The notes under the pieces: generated by a model
Database searches by the model: none
Told to the model about the DNA's origin: nothing
Seen by the model: only the letters and a program-made list of their open reading frames with translations
Made by a program: the position numbers and the translations under genes
Shown: positions 10,901-21,454 of the stretch, one piece after another
Layout of the letters: each line of letters starts with the position of its first letter
Numbering within the stretch: the first letter of the stretch is position 1
Source of the DNA: Catajapyx aquilonaris
Taxonomy: Eukaryota
Length of the DNA stretch: 34,027 nucleotides
Direction: 5' to 3'
Assembly: GCA_000934665.2 (NCBI GenBank)
Contig: JYFJ02004191.1
Location: forward strand, 1 to 34,027

Positions 10901-11960
10901 TCCAGGTTGTGGCTGCAGGTGAGGCGAACTCGGCTCAAAATCAGTCAAAATAAGCGGAAACGAGGTCTACAGAAGAAAAAAGAGGAAAAAGGTCGGCCAT
11001 CTTGGAAATGTCGGGCGCATTCCAATCGCTGACAGTGCAGCAGTTTTTAAGCGACGAACCGAACGCACCTGATCATATCCAAGATGGCCGCCAAATAATT
11101 TCCCCTTCATTTTCCTTTTTCCTTTATTTTCTCTTGGAAATAAGTCCGAGTGTCCATTTCCAGCGGCTTCTCTCCAGCTGGACGCCATGGAGGGACGCTG
11201 GACACCTGGAGGAAGCCAAGGTGTGGACCTGAGGAGCGTGATGATGGCGGTGCTGGACAACAGGGACATCCTGGTCAAGCTGCAGAGGAGTGTGGACAGG
11301 GTCGAGAGGAGGATGCAGAAGATGGAGGAACTCATGGTCGCCAGTGGGGGTCAGTATGGGGCGGTTAACAATTGGGCAGCTCAGTCAGCAAAAGTGGTTG
11401 GCCAAGAGCAAGATTTTGTCCACATTTTACATGCAAAAAGCCGTAGATTGCAGACTAGTTACTGTACCGCACAATTTGAGTAATTACTGTCATTGTACTA
11501 GCCGTGCCCAGAGCTGCGCTAGAGGATCTACCATTGGATCAAGAAGAGGACTTCGCAAGTCATCTGGTAGTGAAACAGGAACCTGGAGTGGGAGACGATC
11601 CGCTGGAAATTGACGGAAACGATGAACACCAGGTTAGTGACTGAAATAAATGCCGCATTGCAGCGTAAAATGATTACATTGCAGGATGAACGATTGGCGA
11701 ATGAGTTTGAGGACACCAGATGCACTGAGACGGCGATGAACAGTCAGTTTGATTCAAATTTGTGTGTATGAATTATCTGGTGACGTACAATTACTTCCGC
11801 AGGATTTGACTGTGGCGCTAGTGATTACGATGCTGAAGGCGAGGCAGAAATGCAAGCGGGACCTGTCATCATGCAAGTAACATCAGAGATCAATTCGGAT
11901 CCAAGCTCATTGCCGTCGAACAGTATCACGGCACAAGAAGAAGCGTATTTAGAAGCTCAG
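10901..11960. repeat. Third copy of the promoter plus 5'-exon duplicon (others at about 3505-4590 and 7595-8660), lacking the minus-strand partner gene
   Basis: Homology starts abruptly at tccaggttgtggctgcagg (10901). YY1-like pair at 10994-11006 and 11078-11092. Confidence 0.85.
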
Positions 11961-14789
11961 GTATTTACTTGCAGCATGATTATAATTTTAAATGGAAAAG
12001 CTCAGTTTTTTTCCATAATATTCTGTCGCATTATGAAAATCTGGGACTGAAAATTGCAATTTTGCCATCTTTGAAATGCACACAGTAGGTGCTACAAATT
12101 ATTATTGACATGGTAGACGTTCAAATTTTTTAATATTGCGAAAAGTGTTCACGGAAACTGATTTAAAAATAAGTGATGTACAACTTGGCAATTTCTTATA
12201 AATTAATTAATTCTCATATTATTTCTAACCAAGGAGGAGTGGAAGGATGGCATTTTAATTGCACTGGATGAAAATCGTCACACCAACATCGGAGAATCAG
12301 CGGGAGGACAAACAGTGGTGAGTGTTCAGCTTCCAAAAGGACGGAAATGTCAAATCCTGATGCAAATTAATTGTCATTACGAAACTTGGGATATTGAGGT
12401 TCATAATTATTGCAAAGTTATGCCGTCATATCCATGTCTCTAATAGTGAAACCATGAAAAATGGATTCTGAAGCATGAATTAGGATTCAGAATAATTGTC
12501 TGATCGGCATGTCACTAAGTAGCTAAAATAATGCTCAATTAATCTGAGACAATTAAGCACATTAAGCTCCCAGTTTCTAATGGCAAGAAAATTGGTTGCA
12601 TTTATTAGACCCTAATTGTCTGAACTGCGAGTTGATTTCACGGAAAGCCCCGACTTACGTAGACCTAGACGTCATGCACAAAAATTAACAGAATCGGCAA
12701 AAGAAACTGGTAGATCCTAAAATGCTGCTAATTGTGAGCATTTAATTGCGGCATGTGAATATTTTCATTTTACATTTTTTTGTTTGTTTAATTCCATTGA
12801 AAAGGGCGGTGGAAAAAAGCGTTCGTCTGACGGAAAGGGGGAGACATCTCGAAAGCGTCGTGTAATCAACTTGGAGACCAAAATGAGCATCATCAGTAAA
12901 CACGAAGGCGGCCAGACCATGACCTCAATTTCTCACGAACTTGGCTACGCACTTTCTACAATCAACACTATCATCAAAGACGCCAGCCGCATACGAGAGT
13001 ACGCTAAAAGTCCTGCCGCCACGAAGTCAGCGATAATCACTAAGAAACGCGAAGGTGCAATTAACGAGATGGAGAATTTGCTGTCGATTTGGTTGGAAGA
13101 GCAGGCTCGAAGGAATGTTCCTCTGAGCGTCCAGTACATTCAGGAAAAGGCCAAAAGCATTTTTGAGGACGTCAAGGTCAATTATCCGGATTGCCTGCAA
13201 ACCTTCTTGGCCAGCAAGAGTTGGTTGAAGCGCTTCAGGAGTCGGGCAGGGTTTCACAACCTGAAGCTCTCTGGCGAGGCCGCCAAGACTAAAAACAAAG
13301 ACCCTGAGTCGTACTGTCCGGAACAGTTTAACGTCAGTGAAACTTCTTTTGCCGTTACAACCACTCCAGTTACCACCACCTCAAGCGATACGAAGGAATA
13401 AGGTACGCTGGATTCCATGGCAACCAGGTCCTCAGTCTTGGCTCACGGCTTGTGAAAGAACGTTATTGTGGCTTTGCCATCTCTGTGAACTGTGAGAGAA
13501 TGTTATTGTGGCTTTGCCATTTCTGTGAGAGAATGTTATTGTGGCTTTGCCATCTCCGAGCGAATGTTATTGTGGCTTAGCCATCTCTTTCTTATTAATC
13601 GGAAGCTGGGAGCTGTGAGCGAATGTTATTGTGGCTTTGTCATCTCCGAGAGAGAGTGTTATTGTGGCTTTGTCATCTCTGTGAGAGAATGTTATTGTGG
13701 CTTAGCCATCTCTTTCTTATTTATCGGAAGCTGGGAGCTGTGAGCGAATGTTATTGTGGCTTTGTCATCTCCGAGAGAGAGTGTTATTGTGGCTTTGTCA
13801 TCTCTGTGAGAGAATGTTATTGTGGCTTTGCCATCTCTTATTAATCGGAAGCTGGGAGCTGTGAGCGAATGTTATTGTGGCTTTGTCATCTATGTGAGAG
13901 AATGTTATTGTGGCTTTGGCATCTCTGTGAGAGAATGTTATTGTGGCTTTGCCATCTCTTTCTTATAAATTGGAAGCTGGGAGCCGGGATTGGGGACAGT
14001 CCATAAACATGGTCCGAGTGACAAAAAAATCCAAGCGCGACAACAATTCGCTTACGTAAGTCGGGGACTTTCTGTGCAAGTCCGCTGTAAAAAGTGTGGG
14101 AGCAAAATGAGATTAGCAGTTAATTAACTAGGCATAAGTGCATAAAAATTCGCAATTTTTCAAAGACATTTTCCTTACAGGAGCCTGCAGCTTGTGAGAC
14201 GTTGCATGAAGCTGCGGATAACAGTGTGGGTGAGACTAGCAAGGCTGCTGGAAGAGGAAGTTCTGACCGTGTGAAAGGAAAGAAGAAGGATGCGGACAAA
14301 CCAGGTGGAAGCAAGCAGGTTAACGAGACGCCTGACGACATCGACGATGTTGTGCACGAGTGCGGAATATGTTCCTACCCAGCCAAGTCGAAGTCGGGGC
14401 TGGCTGTGCACATGCGCCGTCACAAACACAAAGGGCATAATAAACTGCACATTTGCACCGTCTGCGGCCAGCAATTTAACCAAAAGGGCCATCTGAACAA
14501 TCACGTAACATCCATACATTTGAAAGAGAAGCCATACCCTTGCGAGTATTGCCCCCGTAAATTTTCTCAGAACAGCAACCTAAAAGTTCATGTCGAAGCA
14601 GTTCACTTTGGACTGACGCCTTTTCCGTGCCCAGAGTGTGGGCAGGGGTTCAAGAGCCGACGTAGCATGGATGTCCACGTGTACAAGCAACACAAGGAAA
14701 AGGAGCCCTACTCTTGTTCTACGTGCGAAAAGAGATTTCGCAGCAACAAGTGTCTCAAACTCCACATGCGTCTTCATGACACTCCATGA
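11187..14789 (+). CDS. Coiled-coil + 5x C2H2 zinc-finger protein (gene 3), about 400 aa
   Basis: Exons 11187-11349, 11502-11632, 11685-11742, 11803-11960, 12234-12317, 14181-14789. All GT-AG and phase-consistent. AATAAA near 14827. Confidence 0.82.
12805..13401 (+). CDS. CENP-B/Tigger transposase-derived DNA-binding region (HTH_psq + HTH_Tnp_Tc5); candidate alternative terminal exon of gene 3
   Basis: Sequence RKRRVINLETKMSIISKHEGG...ISHELGYALSTINTIIKD...MENLLSIWLEEQ...IQEKAKSIF...FLASKSWLKRFRSR. A long T-rich tract and AAG acceptor at 12802-12804 lie in phase 0. The DDE domain is absent beyond a degenerate YCPEQFNVSETSF. Confidence 0.75.
   Translation, partial: GGGKKRSSDGKGETSRKRRVINLETKMSIISKHEGGQTMTSISHELGYALSTINTIIKDASRIREYAKSPAATKSAIITKKREGAINEMENLLSIWLEEQARRNVPLSVQYIQEKAKSIFEDVKVNYPDCLQTFLASKSWLKRFRSRAGFHNLKLSGEAAKTKNKDPESYCPEQFNVSETSFAVTTTPVTTTSSDTKE
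13456..13985. repeat. Minisatellite with ~31-bp core gagaatgttattgtggctttgccatctctgt and longer variant units ending ggaagctgggagc
   Basis: Tandem copies are directly visible. The ORFs here are just repeat translations (ECYCGF...). Confidence 0.92.
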
Positions 14790-15100
14790 TTCTGATGTGT
14801 ATCGTCTAATTTCTTTCCCCAGGGTAATAAACTGTTCAGCTTAATCTAATTTAACATTTTTCTGATGCAAGTTCGATCCCTGCGGGTTCTCTCTATATTC
14901 ATGTGGGTTTTCTCAGGATCTTTTATTTCCTCCCATTTGAAAAGCCAGTCAGCAGCGGCCAAAATGAATGACGTTGTATCAAGTCGATACACTTTTGCTT
15001 TGATATTTCGTTGTCCATAATCTCGATGTCGAAAATAGTCGCAAACAATTTCAGCGTAATAATAAACAATATAGGCCATGACCATACTAATATTATGAGT

Positions 15101-17805
15101 TTATGCTTTTTGTAAAATGCCCGCAGCCATGCTGAACCTCGATGCCACCAGCGCAACGGCTGTCCCTGAAAGAACGGTTAGTAAACGTGGGACAACGAAC
15201 AAGAAATTAACAAATGCGCAACGTACCAAATTGCGCGGCCACAACCGCTGTTCGGCTTCTTTCTTTTCCAGAAGTTCAGCAACAGCCGTGTGGCCTCTTC
15301 GGATTGCAAAATGTCGTGCGGTGTAGCCGTATAACGCAGGTCTTTTTCTCGTATCTGCCCCCTTTTCCAAGAGGTGCCTCACAATTTCAAGGTGGCCGAA
15401 CCATGCGGCGTACTGCAACGGCGTGAGACCTTCTTCGTCTTCTCCGTCCACCTCTGCCCCGAGGTCAACCAGGAGGCGAACCACTTCCAGCTGACCGTTC
15501 ACCGCAGCCGCATGAGCCGCAGTCATCTCCCTTCTTGTCTCGTCCGTTAAACCAAACACCCACCAATTTACGACCCAATGAACTATTGAGACTTGCGGTA
15601 ACTCCCGACATGTATGATCCGACATTGCTGTGATGTTCACACCTTTTTTTATCCAATCCGCTACCTCCGTCAGACTACCCTTTCTGCATGCTTCAGCAAA
15701 ATTCCATATAGGAACCTGAAGAATACGACTAATGATTGTCCATACTGTTACGAGATGATAATGCACTTACTTTTTCAGACTCGGCCAGCAGCCATTGCTT
15801 CATTTCGGTCTCAATGTAAAGAGCGGTTGGACGACATGATGGGACGCTGCTCGTCATGGACTTGAGAAGCTCCTTTTCATCCGGATTCAGCTGCGAGTCC
15901 ACCTCTTCTGGGAGTGGATTCTGGCTTCTGAGGGACTCGAACGCTTCGTTCCGTAGTTTCTTGTTGGCGCCAAACGGAACCAGCATCTCCAACAGGATCA
16001 ACCCCATTGAAAATACATCTGATCGCTCGTCGTAATCGTTTTCGTCGAGTCTTTCTGGCGACATGTACAGCCTAGTTCCGATGCATGACGATTCCTCATC
16101 TCCATTGGAAGCCCAACTGGTGCTAAGGCCGAAGTCCCCGATTTTAATACACTTCCCGTCAAGCGACAGGAAAATATTGTGCGGCTTGAGATCTCGGTGG
16201 ATGTATCCTTTGTCGTGAATGTAACATACGCCTGATGCAATCTGCTGGAAGTAGCTCATGTTGGTGTATTTGTACGTTACGTTGCTGTTGTTAAGCTTGT
16301 GTCCGAGCGTTTCTTCCTGGCATAGCTCCAGCTGCATGTAGAGAAAGTCAATGGTTGGGCCGGTCAGGATCGTTTCAGAGGTGAAGTACTCCGAAGCTCT
16401 TTCCGACGCTTCGGGAGTCGACATGTAAGTAAAAAGCATTGCGTCCAGTTCCGCCTGGACCCAACCCGGCGGATTTTCCTCCCATACATGATGGCACTTG
16501 ACGACATTCTCGTGGCTCAGATTCATCAATGCGCGGACCTCCCTCAGAACCACCAACTTTTGTCGACCATCCGGCAACTGGACTCGCTTCACTGCGAACA
16601 TGGCCTGAGCCAGCTTCAACTCCGCCTTCAGTACGACCCCAAACGACCCGTTTCCTATGAGCGACTTGTGATTGAAGTCGTGCATATACCTCGACTTGAA
16701 TGGTATGTCGACAGTAGTTCTGCGGAGAAGTACAACAATTAAATATTGGTAAAACAATGTAATAAGTGCATACCTGTGAATTTTCTGCATGTGTCGCATT
16801 AGTATCTGATGAGCTTTGACGTGGCCTTTGAGAAATGCAAGGCTGGCCGCAGTTCCTTTTGTTCCGTCCTGGGCATGCGGGTCAGCACCTGTTCTCAGAA
16901 GCAACTGGACAACATCCGAGTGTCCCGAATGCGCCGCAGCATGAAGTGGAGTGCGGCCTGTCTTCGAGCAGATGTCCACTGCGGCATGGTTGTCCAGCAA
17001 GAGTTGGCATATGTCCACATGTCCGTTCCTGGCTGCCTCGTGCAACGCTGCATTTCCATCCAGATTTTGAGCATTCACGTCACAATCCGATGCGGCCAAG
17101 AGCAACCGACATGCTTCGGTGTTGCCCATACGAGCTGCCAGAATCAGCGGTGTCTCCTGATACTGGTTGCGCTCATTTGCATTGTACCCATCCGGCAGTG
17201 GCATGCGACAAGCGGCCGCAATATGCACATCATTCGGCGCAGAGACCAGAAACTTTGCAAATTCAGTCCGGTCCTGGTTAGTCGCAACCATGAATGGAGT
17301 AAGCTTCTCCGCATTTTTACACTCCAGGTTTGCACCTCCCTCCAACAGCAACCGTCCGACTTGGATATGCCCTCCGTACGCAGCCGTGTGCAAAGGAGTG
17401 TCCAGCGTCACTGTCATCTGTTGCATGTCCGCACCGTGGTCCAGCAGCATCCTGCAGATCTGTACGTGTCCGTTAGCAGCAGCATTATGCAGAGCCGACA
17501 GATGGTTGCGGTAATCCTGTAATTTTATTGTCATTGTTATCATCCAGAGTATATTTGGTACACAGAGAACATTATCATATTGCCTGAGCATTGACTGAAG
17601 CACCATGTAGCAACAGCAGCTCGCACACTGACGGGGATCCCAACCCAGCGGCAACCATCAGAGCGGTGGTGCCCCGCCTGGTGGTTGAGTCCACTCTGTC
17701 GCCTCTCTCCAGAAGGGTGCGAACCAAGGTTGCTGATCCAGTAGCCGCGGCACAGTGCAAGTCAGGTACGCTTGCGTCGCTCTCCAGCAACTCTGCGCAG
17801 GCCAT
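15101..17805 (-). CDS. Ankyrin repeats + PERK-like eIF2-alpha-family Ser/Thr kinase + ankyrin repeats + hydrophobic C-terminal tail, about 842 aa, 4 coding exons
   Basis: Exons 17805-17584, 17516-16774, 16719-15771, 15715-15101 (2529 nt, in frame). Introns are 67 nt (GC-AG), 54 nt and 55 nt (GT-AG). Ankyrin motifs include TALMVAA, SALHNAA, TPLHTAA, TPLILAA, TPLHAAA and TPLQYAA. Kinase motifs are GNGSFG, FAVK, LREV, HRDLKPHN, DFG, GTRLYMSPE and DVFSMG. Confidence 0.85.
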
Positions 17806-18254
17806 GCTTTACGACCTGTAGGTTCAACTAACGCCACAAGACAGATCATTTGATGGGAAAGTAAGAAAGAATTATGATAAACCTGAATGTGAACCAACAT
17901 TGAAATTATTTGGGGGAAAATAATTCATTAAAATATGTGCATTTGCAATAATTTATCGTGTCAAGTAGAGCGACGCATACACCTACCCTCTATAGTAGTC
18001 TAAATAACAGACTTGACCTCTCACATATCTAGCTGTAACCAGCAATCCCAAGCAACTGATAATAGAAGCGGACAGCCGTCAAGTTCAAATAAGTCATGTT
18101 CTTATCGCCACACGTTATCTCTTTTCCTTTGTCCTTCATACATCTTTAAAAAAAAGCAGTAACTATATATAATGAATTTTATTACTGCTGATTGATTTCG
18201 GTTAATTTCATGGCTCCGCAGGCCACTACAAGGACATGCGAGGCATTTAAAACA

Positions 18255-18726
18255 GTTGTACCAGTTAGTTAATTGATTAATTAGTTACCGGTAGTTATAG
18301 TTAATAAAATTAACTGGCTTCCACATGAACCTATTGAAAGGTCGTGGCGTATAAGAGGGAAAGTTTGTTTGCATGTTAGTTAACTTATTAGTTAGTTAAT
18401 TAATAAAATTATAAGCTGCCTCCACATGAATCTTACATGTGTGTACAGGCCTATAAAAGGGAATCCGGAAAGTTAGTAAGTATGTCTGTATAAGTATGTT
18501 AGTTTATTTGTTTGCTTCTTTGTTAGTATACTAACAAAGAAGCAAAGAAGATTAGCATGTCTGTATGTTAGTTAGTTTGCTTGTTTGTCCATTGTATATA
18601 TGGCATCAAACGATGGAAACAACAAAGTCAAAGCTTCACATGAATTAGTACAGCCAGTATAGTAATTAGTAGTAGTCTGCTGGTTAGACCACCTCCCATT
18701 CAAAGAGTGCGAAGTACGGTACTATA
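18255..18726. repeat. Degenerate (ttag/tttg/tatg)n-rich repeat region, possibly Helitron/HINE-derived; includes a perfect 36-bp palindrome at 18511-18546
   Basis: Repeated gttagttaattaataaaatt...ctccacatgaa units and microsatellite-like tracts. Confidence 0.45.
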
Positions 18727-18868
18727 ATTGTGTGCCAAATTAAACTAATAAACACCAATCCTTTAGTAGATTGCTCTCAATTTGTAAAAGTACGAGCCCC
18801 GTTTAATCATATTTTGCATCGATTGAAGGTCAACGGCATACGATTTTCGCCGCCGCCGATGCGTGTTA

Positions 18869-19074
18869 CCGAAACGGACACCGTTTGGCTCAGGGTCGGA
18901 TCGGGTCGGTCGGTCGTGCAGCCGTGCGCCGCGGCCGTGAACAAAATATTCCGGAAGCCACACTATTTGTTCACGGCCGCACGGCCGCACGGCTGCACGA
19001 CCGGCGCGGCGGCATGACCAGCCGTCCGACCGTCCGACCGCGTCCGACCATGAGCCAAACGGTGTCCGTTTCGG
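18869..19074. mobile_element. GC-rich foldback MITE-like element between the kinase and SEC11 5' ends
   Basis: 24-bp TIR ccgaaacggacaccgtttggctca / tgagccaaacggtgtccgtttcgg, plus inner inverted repeats gcggccgtgaacaaa / tttgttcacggccgc. Confidence 0.7.
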
Positions 19075-19515
19075 AATCTCGCGATACTACCGATCAAACT
19101 ATATTGGCATCATTTCCATCTGGCAACCCCCCACATGTCAAAACACCACCTGGCAACCTTGACGTGACGTTTCACACCCCCAATAGCCGCTACTTTCCAT
19201 TCTAGCAGCTACTGTGCCGACTAATACCCGGCGCGTCCGTTCCTTTTTGGTGTTTGCGACTCTCGCAGGTAACGGCTATCCGTTCCAACTCCAATGCAGC
19301 AGCTGTGCTACCTTCTGGGCCGGTGAGTTGGCGTCTCCCGGAGAGAAGCCATATCGAGTCGGATCCGGCCTGCCTCTCTCTCCGTGTGTGTGCCCTCCGT
19401 TCCCACTGCCTTTCCTTTTAGAACGTCTGTCGCCCCGGTTTTGGAACGCCTTTCGTCCGGTTGGGGCCTGGCGTTCGATCCAAGAGGACAAGAGGGAGCC
19501 AAACACACTCCAGCC

Positions 19516-21454
19516 ATGATCCAAGGCCTGTTCGACGATGTCAAGCGAATGAACAAGCGTCAGGTAAAAATGACCCAAGTGTAACATGTGTTTTGCAGCA
19601 TCCACATCAACATAAATTGAACTCTAATTTTGCACCTTAAAAATCTCAACACAATATGTAACGGAAAGTTTTGTTTGTTTGTCAGTTGTCGTTGGACATA
19701 TCCAACGAGGTCACGATGACAGCGGGTTGCCATGGCCATTTAAAAAAAAATCTAGCTGTAGATTGTTGTTGTTCGCAATACTACTTCACCCCTTATTTTT
19801 GACAATGTATCTGTAGTGACACGCCGCTTTCGAACATTTGCAGTGGGCCTGCCGGACCAGTGCGCTAACCATATGGTGTGCGCACCGGTCCGGCAGCAAA
19901 ACCGGTCGAAATGCAAAGGATGGGCTAATATAACAATAATATAATAATAATTCATACCCCGTTATCAGCCGGCGGCTCTTTAGGGGGGATATTTTTTTTG
20001 TTTTGACTGGAACTCTTCGTTTCGTTTTTACTGCGCTTTTTGGGATAGGAAAGGAAGGAGGCGGCTGTGGCCTATTAGTTTAGGAAACAACTCCAGAATT
20101 CTCCTGGAGGAACCATGGGATACCACAGAAAACCACGGTTAGAGTTGCCGGCACCGGGATTCGAGCCCGGGACCTCCCGATAAGCAGTCGGATACCTTAT
20201 CTCCTCCGCCACCACTGCTTCGGTGGCTAATATAATAATCATCATCGTCATCATCATTAATTAATATTCATCATGGCCTTGATTCCATTAATACTAATAA
20301 TACTGGAGGAGGACACTTTTTTGTCCACAATTCAGTACAGTACTTGTAATTCTCATTATTTTCTGTACGTTCGTAGTTTCCTGTTCAATGCGTTCTGCAG
20401 TGACCAGGCTCTTGTCTAATGCGGTGTGTTGTTTATTGCAGTTTCTCTACCAGGCGCTTAGTTTTGGCATGATAGTTTCGTCGGCGCTGATGATATGGAA
20501 AGGCCTCATGGTGGTTACTGGAAGCGAGAGCCCCATTGTCGTGGTACTCAGGTCAGTTTTAGCACTGGAAAAGTTGACCGCCATTTTCATGGAATAATGA
20601 ATTTGTAAGCAACTGCCAAAATTGAAACCATTAAACTTCAAGTCTGCCTTTCTGCTGAAATTAATATCCATTTTCCTTCTGTCTATGTTCTGTTCACATG
20701 TTTTTATCCTTAAAGCCGCTTTTACATGCGAGCGATTTGATCAGCGATATTGCAGTGATATACATCGCTGAGTGAAAGTAACAAGCGTTTCGGCCCAAAC
20801 AATTGCTCAGTGATGTACATTGCTGCAACATCGCGGATCAAATCCATTGAATGTAAAGGTGGCCTAAAGTCAATTATGAACAGATGAAATCAGTCATAAA
20901 TTTATTATGGGCATTAAAAAGTAGGTGTGAAATGTTGATGAAATATTTGTGAACATTTACAGTGGAAGTATGGAGCCGGCGTTCCATCGAGGCGACCTCC
21001 TCCTCCTCACCAATTACGAGGATGAGCCTATTCGAGTCGGTGAAATCGTAGTGTTCAAGGTGGAGGGCCGAGACATTCCAATTGTGCATCGCGTGTTGAA
21101 ACTGCATGAAAAGTGAGTTGCACCGTTGCAAATGGACACCTGAATCTGACCCAAGTTGCGTTTACAGGGAAGATGGCAAAGTCAAGTTCCTGACCAAGGG
21201 AGACAACAACAGTGTGGATGACCGAGGACTGTACGCACCAGGGCAGCTGTGGCTGACCAAGAAGGACGTCGTGGGCCGAGCAAGGGGATTCCTACCCTAC
21301 GTCGGCGCTATCACCATTTACATGAACGAATATCCAAAGTTTAAAGTGAGTATTAATGCAGGATACGGTGGATGCGACTAACTCACAATTTTTTCCGCCG
21401 CAGTATGCTGTACTAGCGTGTTTGGGCTTCTACGTGCTAATTCATCGCGAGTGA
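19516..21454 (+). CDS. SEC11: Signal peptidase complex catalytic subunit SEC11, 178 aa, 5 exons
   Basis: Exons 19516-19563, 20442-20551, 20963-21112, 21168-21345, 21404-21454 (537 nt). Motifs [29 protein letters not shown] and [16 protein letters not shown]. Confidence 0.97.
19848..19897. repeat. Short foldback element in SEC11 intron 1
   Basis: ctgccggaccagtgcgc...gcgcaccggtccggcag imperfect inverted repeat. Confidence 0.55.
20041..20224 (-). mobile_element. tRNA-derived SINE in SEC11 intron 1
   Basis: The minus strand has A-box-like ggtggcggaggagataagg and B-box-like gggctcgaatccc, followed by a non-tRNA body ending ggccacagccgcctccttcctttcc. Confidence 0.72.
20714..20864. mobile_element. 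PIF/Harbinger-like MITE in SEC11 intron 2
   Basis: Degenerate TIRs agccgcttttacat / atgtaaaggtggcc with TAA on both flanks and a palindromic interior. Confidence 0.65.

Larger units (their letters stand above)
12639..14076 (+). mobile_element. Tigger/pogo-like DNA transposon remnant inside the last intron of gene 3
   Basis: Imperfect TIRs cacggaaagccccgacttacgta (12639-12661) and tacgtaagtcggggactttctgtg (14053-14076) enclose a transposase N-terminal ORF and a minisatellite. The outer dinucleotides read CA/TG rather than the expected TA. Confidence 0.8.

Noticed and set aside
13456..13985. CRISPR-like array or Cys-rich repeat protein (ECYCGF)n
   Set aside because: The spacers are not unique, there are no cas genes, and the context is eukaryotic. 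The ORFs are translations of a minisatellite.
12639..14076. Autonomous Tigger transposon
   Set aside because: The DDE domain is missing, the first catalytic Asp position reads Ser, and the TIRs and TA flanks are degenerate.
15101..15766. Stand-alone ankyrin gene separate from the kinase
   Set aside because: Its first 17 codons lie within a 55-nt gtaagt...ttcag intron that links it in phase to the kinase exon.
16809..17522. Long plus-strand ORFs (also 27498-28082, 28895-29419, 31325-31738)
   Set aside because: These are antisense shadows of GC-rich coding exons with no recognisable motifs.
15729..17654. RNase L ortholog (ankyrin + kinase)
   Set aside because: The kinase has intact catalytic motifs and PERK-like signatures, and it is followed by ankyrins rather than a KEN nuclease domain.
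20150..20224. Functional tRNA gene
   Set aside because: A and B boxes are present but no clean cloverleaf is evident, and the sequence continues into a SINE-like body.
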